DNA of 64,000 nt. It comes from Octopus sinensis (taxonomy: Eukaryota). The position numbers and the translations under genes are program-made. Positions 54,150 through 64,000 of this stretch are shown piece by piece. The number at the start of each line of letters is the position of its first letter. Within the stretch, counting starts at the first letter, position 1. The stretch covers positions 18,290,001-18,354,000 of the forward strand of contig NC_043002.1 in the NCBI RefSeq assembly GCF_006345805.1, read 5' to 3'. The notes under the pieces are model-generated. The model was given only the letters and a program-made list of their open reading frames with translations. It did not search any database and was not told the DNA's origin.

Positions 54150-54348
54150 TAGTTCAAGGGAATAATCAGTGAATATAATGTTTTTTTTAGTTAAAGAGAT
54201 AGCAGCGGATATAATAATTCTTAGCTAAGAGAAGGTAAGTTTTTTTTTCCTTTTTCTGGTTGGATTTTTATTTATGAAATCCATTGTATATTCATGTTAA
54301 CTCTTTATTTAGTCGTTGTTGAGTTGATGTCCTTTCCTTGCATTGGAG
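54150..54348 (-). repeat. Pseudo-LTR-like repeat of the PLE 3' end (counterpart about 49750-49985)
   Basis: Shared blocks ttttttccttttttctggttgg and ctctttatttagtc(a/g)ttgttgagttga(g/t)gtcctttcc in the same orientation; visibly diverged; abuts (TA)n. Confidence 0.7.
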
Positions 54349-54399
54349 TATATATATATATATATATACATATATATATAATATATATATATAAATATA

Positions 54400-54454
<55 letters not shown>

Positions 54455-54457
<3 letters not shown>

Positions 54458-54617
54458 CGACAGCCTTCTTTCAGTTACCATCTACAAAATCCACTCCCAA
54501 GGCTTTGGTCGACCAGAGACTATAGTACAAGACACTCACTCAAGGTGCAACGCAGTGAACCCGGAACCATGTGCTTGGAAAGCAAGCTACTAACCACTCA
54601 GCCACTCCTGCGCCTAT
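54455..54617 (-). mobile_element. SINE family A, 5' half
   Basis: caaaatccactcccaaggctttggtcgacc...cagccactcctgcgcc. Confidence 0.88.
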
Positions 54618-54785
<168 letters not shown>

Positions 54786-55225
54786 ATAAAGAACTATGTT
54801 AGTACACAGGAAAACGTCTTTTCCAGCTGGTCAAAGACACACATCATGTGTCTGATATATTCTCAGTAGAAACGCATTAATGTTAAACTCACCTTTAAAT
54901 GCTTCAGAAAAAATATCTTTAAAAAATTTCAAGGCATTCTAGAAATTTCTTTTCATTCATTTCCTTTTCTTCTGTAAGAAAGGTCAAAGACGAAAGGCAA
55001 TCTTCTGATTCCTATCCAAGTGTTCTTATAGCCAATGCTTCAGACCAGCTTTCAGGGTCATCTGCTTCATCTTTTGGTAATCTTCCTAATACTTTAGACT
55101 AAGTTCTAAGAATATTAAGTTTCAAGACTGTGCAATATTGCATGTGAGAATAAGCAACAATCTTAAACTGATCAATAAATGGTTGAAAACCAAAAAAATA
55201 AATAAATAATAAAATAATAATAATA

Positions 55226-55275
<50 letters not shown>

Positions 55276-55844
55276 TAATAATAATAAACCGAAGAATTTT
55301 GCGATTTCATCATATCGATATTTATCACGCTATGTTCTTTTAACTAACGAATGTAATCAATAATTTTAACCATGCAGCAAGATGTAATCTCCAAGTGAGC
55401 CGAAACTTCGACGATCGATCCGTTTTTGATTCTTCACTGAATCCAATCAACCAATCAATTTTTCAGCTCAATGTCTGTGTGGTGCGTGTGTGTGTGCGTG
55501 CGTATGTGTTCGTATGCATCTTTGGTGAGTTTGCGTCGTTCGACGACGAGGAATCAGTTGTTGGACCCACTGACATACCTGCTCTGATGCAGAATGAATG
55601 TATAACTGGCGGAATATTCCTGTAATTTTGTTTTTTCTTACTTTTTTAATTAGGAGTACAATCTACTAAAACAGATTACTAACCAGTTTGTGTGTAGCCC
55701 ATTTGACTCATCCGAAAGTTACATAACCAGTGAAATGGAATGTAGTGAAATGGAACCCGGGATGTTGTGATTCAGAAAACCGTCAAGTAGTGAGAAGTGT
55801 ATACACACAAACACGTGTGTATGTGCGTATGCATACATACATAC

Positions 55845-55939
<95 letters not shown>

Positions 55940-56372
55940 CATACATATATACCTATATTTATATATATATATATATATGTATATATATAATATATATAAT
56001 ATTGCTATGCATACACACATACATACCTATTGATAGATAGATAGATAATAGATAGATTATAGATAGATAGATAGATAGATATAGATAGATAGATAGATAG
56101 ATATTCATAAACACAACACCTATCCACACTCAAAGAGAAACAAGACGCGCACATGCATGCACATACACATATACATACACACACACATTATATATATATA
56201 TATATACATATATACATACATATATATACATATACATACATACACACACACACCGCACACATATATATAATAATATATAATAATATATATACACACATAC
56301 TATATATATATATATATTATATATATATATAATATATTATATATATACACACACAAAATTACAATATATATA

Positions 56373-56426
<54 letters not shown>

Positions 56427-56445
56427 ATATATATATAATATATAA
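55845..56445. repeat. (TA)n/(GATA)n/(CA)n field
   Basis: Direct inspection. Confidence 0.92.
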
Positions 56446-56972
56446 TCGGCGCCCTCCCCGCAAAATCGAATATAATGCTACCTCTTACATCATCCTGTAT
56501 GGAATCATATAAACAGATAAACTAGCATGAGTACATATTCTCTCGTAAGATTTCTCTTTTATTGGAAAAACCATCATGGAAACCGTTCTCTGATTGCTTG
56601 AAAAGATAACCATTCTGTTTATTTCCTCCTCTTCTTTTAACCTTTGGATGTCGTGTGTGTATGTGTGGTTGTGTGTGTGGTGTGTGTGTGTGTGTGTGTG
56701 TACGTGTGCATTTGTGAGTGTATAAGCTGAGTATATGAGTGTTATGTGTGTGCATGCGTAAAGATGATTCCCTGCGTTGTTAGATGACATTTCTGATTTA
56801 AAACCTCGCATCGTAGTAATGAATTTATCACTGCTTTATGACGATTATAACGAAAAGTTTGATAATTTATATATTATCAATAAAGATTTTAAAACTACAG
56901 ACATAGTTCAGAGACTATAGCGCTTCTGTGTGGATGCTTCACAAGTTGTACTTTCTATTTCTCTCTCCCTCT

Positions 56973-57015
<43 letters not shown>

Positions 57016-57022
57016 ATATATA

Positions 57023-57203
57023 GGGAGAGTTTACGAAAAAAAAAACAAAAAACGAAGACAGGTGGTGTACAAAACAAACAGATGTATTAGTACAACGCTC
57101 AGGAATAGAAAAGGTCTTTTACGTTTCGAGCCTACAGAAAGGGACACAGAAAAAACAAGAAGAGAAAAAAAAATGTGTGTAGTGGCTAACGATCTATCAT
57201 GGC
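57023..57203 (-). mobile_element. Second copy of the ~180-bp pLTR-like element (HHR stem II partly deleted)
   Basis: rc: tgtgtccctttctgtaggctcgaaacgtaaaagacc...gtaaactctccc aligns to 23439-23621. Confidence 0.75.
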
Positions 57204-57334
57204 ATCATATATATATATATATTGAGAGACAGAGAGGCAGGAAGAAAGACAAAGAGCTGTAAGCTGATCAAGGTGATTACGTAATTCGTGTTTTTTTTGT
57301 CATTTATTCATTCATTAATATTACGGTCTATGAA

Positions 57335-57515
57335 GGCGGCGAGATGGAAAAATCCTGGCAAGATGCTTTGCGGCATTTCGTCTGTCTCTACGTTCTGAGT
57401 TCAAATGCAGCCAAGATTGACTTTTAACCTTCCATCTTATGCACTGGGGTCGATTTAATTGATTTAGTCCTTCACCCAAAGCTGATGGTCTCGTGCTAAA
57501 ATTTGAAACCAATAT
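57335..57515 (+). mobile_element. SINE family B, decayed (tail 3)
   Basis: ggcggcgagatgg...ctacgttctgagttcaaatgc...aaatttgaaacc. Confidence 0.75.
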
Positions 57516-57616
57516 TACGTTCTCTACTAAACTGATTGTTTATATAAGAGTGCAGAACAGAGACGTCACACAATTTATACCTGCAGTCCCTACGTTCTTA
57601 CTAATACTACAAAGTG

Positions 57617-57687
<71 letters not shown>

Positions 57688-57780
57688 TGTGTGTGGTGTG
57701 TGTGGTGTGTGCGCGTGTGTGTGTGTATGTATGTATGTAGTATGTATGTATGTATGTATGTATATATATATGTATGTATG

Positions 57781-57847
<67 letters not shown>

Positions 57848-58059
57848 TAAACAATTCTGAAATATGTGCTTAAAGCTCGTTGAGCTGATTATCAAAACCA
57901 AACGATTCGTCCACTCCGGTCTCCCGACGACTTTCGTTGGTAATATAGTTAAGCAAAGTTATAATATTAGATGACAATCGTATAGAATAAGATGACATGA
58001 TGTGAGATTGTTAAGTATGAAGTGTTACGATATACTTTCTACTAAATGCACAAGGTTTG

Positions 58060-58630
58060 AAATTTTGCGGGAGGGGACTATTCGATTACATCGTCCCCAG
58101 TGTTTCACTACTACTTAATTTATTGACCCCCGAAAATTCTGCGGAATTTGAACTCAGAATGTAAGGACAGACGAAATGCCACTAAGCATTTTGTCCGGTG
58201 TGCTAACGATTCTTATTTCTTTATTATCCACAAGGGGCTAAACATAGAGGGGACAAACAAGGACAGACAAAGGAATTAAGTCGATTATATCGACCCCAAT
58301 GCGTAACTGGTACTTATTTAATCGACCCCGAAAGGATGAAAGGCAAAGTCGACCTCGGCGGAATTTGAACTCAGAACGTAACGGCAGACGAAATACCTAT
58401 TTCTTTATTACCCACAGGGGCTAAACACAAAGGGGACAAACAAGGACAGACAAACGGATTAAGTCGATTATATCGACCCCAGTGCGTAACTGGTACTTAT
58501 TTAATCGACCCCGAAAGGATGAAAGGCAAAGTCGACCTCAGCGGAATTTGAACCCAGAACGTAACGGCAGACGAAATACTGCTAAGTATTTCGCCCGGCG
58601 TGCTAACGTTTCTGCCAGCTCGCCGCCCTC
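58060..58630 (-). mobile_element. Head-to-tail array of SINE family B (three units)
   Basis: ~180-bp unit tatttctttatt...gacgaaatac repeats at 58215-58398 and 58399-58578; only the last carries the head to 58630; a divergent unit lies at 58060-58214. Confidence 0.9.
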
Positions 58631-59849
58631 GATTCTGCCAGCTCACCGCCTTATGAAGTGTTATAACATCGCTTGTCGATTATGTCGATTATGTAAGCGT
58701 AGATGTATCATTGGTTGACGACTGCATAAAGTATGCGTTGTGTGGTTTGCGCGATTTCATTTTAAATAACTGTCTTGAATATGTGTTGTGTGTGTTGTAC
58801 AAAAAATGTACTATATGAGCTGAACAGGCCTATTTTTTTTTGGTCTATGAGTAGAGTTGTGGATTCTGTCAAGGTTTCTATATTTCTGTTTTTTTTTTTT
58901 AGTTCTCCAATTATTATTTGCATTGTTTCCTTTCCTACTCCGCTTATTATTTTCATTTCAAGATCATTGTGCTTTGACAATTTTCTCGACTTCCTTCCAT
59001 AGCTTTCACCTTTGACAGTTTCTATTACTTTTTTTTCCGTTTGCATGTCGAAGTGTCAGCCCAGGAAATATAGCGGCTGACTCAATCCTGTATGTTGTAT
59101 CTTTTCCAGCTTGGCAAGAAACGGATAGTCAGAAATAATGCGCCGTTGTCAAATTGCATTGATCACATTGTCTGTATGAGATGTTTGCTTCTTTCTTAAT
59201 TATTTTCTTCATATAGTTATCTGTGGTTTACCATTGTTCATGCGCAACAGTGATCAGACTTTCTCTTTTTCTACTTTTACTCAAGCGAATCGTCGGTTGT
59301 TTGAGCAAATCGTCAAGCGAAACTGAAAGTCAAAGGCAAAACGAACTCTTTGAATATATTTGACCACACTTTTAATGAGTCTCCTCATCAGTAAATATTC
59401 TTCAAATCCTTTGAAATTGCATCCTTAAATAACCACACACACACACACACACATATATATATACTCATAACTTTCTCTCACAATCTCTCCCTTTCTCTCT
59501 CTCTCTCAATCTATCTACCTATCTGTATAATACAAAGCTTCAATGCAAGTGATCTAAGAATGTAAATACTTTTTCTAATGTAATGATGTAACAGAAACGT
59601 ATGAAGGAATCTCCTGGTAGAACATTTCTTGGTTTGTTGACCGCTCCACAGAGAAGATTACTGGCTTCTTTCTTTTATCAGCAGTGCAAGTCAGTTGCAA
59701 TATAAAGCAGTCATTAATTAGGTTAGCGCACTAGTGGATAGTCTACTTTGTATATTTCTGTTTCTGACAATTCCTCATTAACTAAACAATAGCTATTTTC
59801 TACACAGCACAGCATGAACTGAAAGAACTAAGCTACAGACGCTTAAATA

Positions 59850-60040
59850 CACCAACACTGATTATCAAGCGGTGATGAGAACAAACATAAAAACACACAC
59901 ATGCACACAAATACACACACGTACACAAAAAACACACACACACACACACAAGCACCAATATAATTATATGTATATATACAGGACATGCTTCTTTTAGTTT
60001 CCGCCTACCAAATCCATTCACAGGGCTCTGGTCAGAGTTT
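59850..60040 (-). mobile_element. SINE family A, central fragment
   Basis: taaatacaccaacactgattatcaagcgg...tttccgcctaccaaatccattcacagggc. Confidence 0.75.
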
Positions 60041-60123
60041 ATTGTATGTATGTATATATATATGCATTATGTATGTATGTATGTATGTATGTATGTATGT
60101 ATGTATGTATGTATGTATGTATG

Positions 60124-60163
<40 letters not shown>

Positions 60164-60280
60164 AATATATATTCGTAACAAAAAAGAAAAAAGAAAAAAA
60201 CAAACAGAACCAAATAGAATAAAGCGAACGAAAAGAACAACAAAAAAAGCAAAAATAACACTCCAAAATGAAACTCAGCA

Positions 60281-60285
<5 letters not shown>

Positions 60286-60349
<64 letters not shown>

Positions 60350-60430
60350 TGTGTGTGTGTGCGTGTATATATATATATATATACATGCATATATATATAT
60401 GTGTGTGTGGTGTGTGTGTGTGTGTGTGTG

Positions 60431-60461
<31 letters not shown>

Positions 60462-60575
60462 TGTGTGTGTGTGCGTGTATATATATATATATATATACAT
60501 GCATATATATATATGTGTGTGAGCGTGTGTGTGTGTGTGTGCATGTTTGTGTGAGCGCGAAGTGTGTGTGTGTGT
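60286..60575. repeat. (GT)n/(TA)n compound tract with a ~130-bp higher-order repeat
   Basis: gtgagtgtgtgtgtgcgtgtatatatatatatatatacatgcatatatatatatgtgtgtg occurs at about 60345 and 60460. Confidence 0.9.
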
Positions 60576-60589
60576 TGTTAAGTTTGAAA

Positions 60590-61050
60590 AGGTACCCTGT
60601 GTACAGCGCACAAACTGTATTTGCAGTCATACAGTCAGCAATAGAATTAAAATTCTACTTCGTAAAGATTGCATTAAAGCAGTTCTTTCGCGTAGTAGTG
60701 AGACGTGGAATATAACAAAAGCAGTTACAGTGGAGATGAACGCTGCAAAATCGCTCTCACCGTTTGAACATATCATGATCAACTACTTGAAAAACCGGTG
60801 AGTGTTTCAACTGATGGCATTCTGGGTTAAAATATTTCTTTTGGGTTGAACGTGTTTTTCAGAAAAATGAAATGTATCAATGGCCATTCTTTTCAACCGC
60901 AAAAAATGAAAGATATTTGCTGGAGGGTCGTTGAGGAAGGCATACACGTACTAAGTCAATAATGATCTAGATAGACACAATATTAGATTTGGCGCAGTTA
61001 CTGATGCTTAAAAATGTAGGAACAAACTGAAAGCAGATTTTGACTAGTGT
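60590..61050 (+). mobile_element. Decayed RTE-clade LINE, 3' part
   Basis: SNRIKILLRKDCIKAVLSRSSETWNITKA resembles the RTE post-RT motif TK...SVLLYGSETW.LTK. Confidence 0.6.
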
Positions 61051-61100
61051 TAATGTACAAACGTTATGTTGTGGACTACTCTTTCAAGAAATTTTTGAAT

Positions 61101-61160
<60 letters not shown>

Positions 61161-61479
61161 GTTATAATGCAAGAAAGTATACTAGTCCCTTAATATTTTA
61201 TATATTATATTTTATATTCAATATTTCATCTATTTCAACTAGAAATTTGTAGACATGCAGTACGGTTAATTTCTATAGAAATTTCTAGACAGTGAGGAAG
61301 TGTAATCGACTATATCGCCTTATTTTCTGGAAGACTTTTCTCTTCAAGTTGTGTCTTTGACGGAAGAGGAAACCTAGGGCAGTAAATGACCATAAATGGG
61401 CATCTGCAATCTGAAAAAAATGTTACCGTGAACCCCAAGCATTAACACAATCCCAGAGATTCGAGGGGATGAGATTAGT

Positions 61480-61625
61480 CGAGACGAACGAACCCAGTAT
61501 TTTGCTGGTACTTTATTTTACCGAAATTACAAAAAGAAAACTTAAATCCGAAAACTTAGAAATCAGAACGTAAACCAGCGAAGCAAATTTTCCCTATTTT
61601 TAACGGTTCCGCCAGCACGCTGCCT
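61480..61625 (-). mobile_element. SINE family B, decayed
   Basis: ctggtactttattttaccga...aatcagaacgtaaac...ttccgccagc. Confidence 0.6.
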
Positions 61626-61998
61626 AATGTAATTAATATTATTGTATTATATAATTGGATTTGCTGTGGCAAATTTCTTGCTTTACCCCAAGTATCTAAG
61701 TTCAATTCATTCATTTTCTATTCTAGTCATTTAGGTTCTACTTAAAAAAACATTAGACTGTAATTTCTTTTCTTTGATCTAAATAAGCATTTATGAATCA
61801 CACAATAAATTCATCCCATACAAAGGACCAATATCCATATTTCACAGTGCATATCTCTTATATTATACACGCACTTCTATATATACATATATAAATACAT
61901 GCACACGCACATATATATGTGTGTATGAGTGTATGTATATATATATATGTGTGTGTGTGTGTATATATATATGTATGTATATATATATATAATATATA

Positions 61999-62032
<34 letters not shown>

Positions 62033-62045
62033 ATATATATATGTA

Positions 62046-62086
<41 letters not shown>

Positions 62087-62133
62087 ATATATATATGTGC
62101 GTGTATATATATATGTACATATATACATATATG

Positions 62134-62210
<77 letters not shown>

Positions 62211-62213
<3 letters not shown>

Positions 62214-62262
62214 AAAACTGTCTGATGAACGGCAACGAGAAACTCAGAGTAACAGATTTTGT
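62211..62262 (+). ncRNA. Type I hammerhead ribozyme motif
   Basis: Stem I ACAAAA-a-CUGU / ACAG-a-UUUUGU; core CUGAUGA (62222-62228); stem II a-CG-gcaa-CG-a; GAAA (62239-62242); stem III ACU-cag-AGU; GUA triplet, predicted cut after 62251. The 10.1-11.1 pair is A.A instead of G-C. Confidence 0.75.
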
Positions 62263-62288
62263 TGAATTTTCTGCTGCTTAAAATAAAG

Positions 62289-62370
<82 letters not shown>

Positions 62371-62705
62371 GTTAATGAATGCAAACTAGCCTCCGGGAAA
62401 CGTTTAACATTTCAAAAGAATGTGTTGTATTGCATTAGATGTGGTCTCAGCGTTAGAGATTTTTAATGAGATGGCAACCATTTATCTAATTAGAGTGCGT
62501 GCATCAACGGTAGGCCAAGAGCAATGCGTTCAGACAGTTTTGTGTCTTGTCAAAATCAAATCATTGCAATACATTACCAATTATGGAATGAATTATTCGA
62601 CTCATGGCCGCCATCATGAATTTGTGTGAAATCGAAGAAAAATCGATTGCTGACTTGTGAATGTATAATCAAAGTTATGCAATTAGGAATGAGTAATTAA
62701 GAAAT

Positions 62706-63070
<365 letters not shown>

Positions 63071-63539
63071 CGCTTTCTAGATCAGAAGGCACATACCCAT
63101 GGTGCCACTTACCCAAAAACACTGACGATGAAGCCACATGTTTACAAAGTGAGCTGCTAACCCCCCATTACATTTAACAGAGTTTTGATTTCTACCAGAT
63201 CAAACAATTTCGGCGCGTTATGTCGTTTGTTAAAATACATTTTGGCTTTTGTACCGATTTCTTGCGATTTAAATTCAAATCGCACCTCTGCTTTCAACCA
63301 TTTGGGGTCTAACAAAAAGGACCAATTCAAAGCGGTGGATTGGCAGAAATATTACAACGCTGGAGATGATGCCTTGTGGTGTTTATTCCGGCTCCTTTAA
63401 TTCAATGGTGACCTGCAAAACACATTCCTAGAATCCAGTAAAACGAAATTTAGAAGTCACTCTTAATCTTAACCTTTGCCTTGCAAAACTTCACACGCAT
63501 ACGCACGCATACACATACCTACTTTCACACATACATACA

Positions 63540-63622
63540 TCTTTTATCTTTTACTTGTTTCAGTCATTGGACTGCTACAGAACCTTCTCGAAGGTTTTAG
63601 TCGAACAAATCAATCCCAGAAG
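63540..63622 (-). mobile_element. SINE family A, 3' end
   Basis: cttttacttgtttcagtcattggactgc...ttagtcgaacaaatcaatcccag. Confidence 0.75.
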
Positions 63623-63632
63623 TTATATTATT

Positions 63633-63771
63633 TTTAACATTTGATAGATGTTTGTCCTCATCTTGTTTGTTGTTAAAACGTTTCGGCTGACATACCCTCC
63701 AGCCTTCATAAGTGTCTTGAGTAAATTTCGAACCTGGTTTCACATTCCTATGGTATTTTTCGATGTTATTG

Positions 63772-63827
<56 letters not shown>

Positions 63828-64000
63828 GAGTGAGAGAGCAGTGCATATTATTATTATTATTATTCAGGTCACTGCCTGGAATCGAACTCGGAACCTTGGG
63901 GTTAGTAGCTCGCGCTCTTAACCACTACTCCATATGCCCGTGGGCATATGGCGTAGTGGTAATGAGAATCCAGATTCGAAATTTCCCCCAAGATACCTGA
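63633..64000 (-). mobile_element. SINE family C copy (minus, 63633-63939) joined head-to-head to an internally deleted plus copy (63942-64000, runs off the window)
   Basis: Palindrome accactactccatatgccc-gt-gggcatatggcgtagtggt; minus copy tail gacacttatgaaggctggagggtatgtcagccgaaacgtt; plus copy ends aagatacctga. Confidence 0.82.

Noticed and set aside
58215-58578. Regular direct repeats as a possible CRISPR array
   Set aside because: Units are ~180-bp SINE bodies with no unique spacers, in a eukaryotic context.
58760-59200. Minus-strand ORF plus a C..C....H-like stretch
   Set aside because: Might be an old LINE 3' remnant, but the motifs are too weak to assign.

Overview
AT-rich eukaryotic DNA dominated by microsatellites ((TA)n, (GATA)n, (TACA)n, (GT)n, (AAT)n) and transposable elements. 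The repeat content suggests an octopus/coleoid cephalopod; this is an inference. I could not recognise any host protein-coding gene: most ORF-track entries are microsatellite read-through, and only weak splice-bounded exon candidates remain. Supported content: four tRNA-headed SINE families (about 35 copies or fragments); a near-full-length but disrupted Penelope-like element (RT plus C-terminal GIY-YIG, Neptune-like) at 49.7-54.35 kb; decayed RTE and R4/Dong LINEs; Tc1/mariner, Merlin, Helitron and Helentron-type remnants. The most notable signal is a set of hammerhead-ribozyme (HHR) motifs in small microsatellite-associated elements. These are a type I HHR with all core nucleotides at 62211-62262, a tRNA-headed SINE whose reconstructed tail is a minimal dimer-type HHR (3.5 kb, 63.6-64 kb), and a (GATA)n-embedded family with a variant core. 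Also seen: one SINE head joined to four different 3' tails, a mariner built from two 5' ends, a 156-bp fold-back hairpin, and two (TA)n-bounded fold-back duplications that may be assembly artefacts. Coordinates were read by eye; repeat boundaries are approximate.
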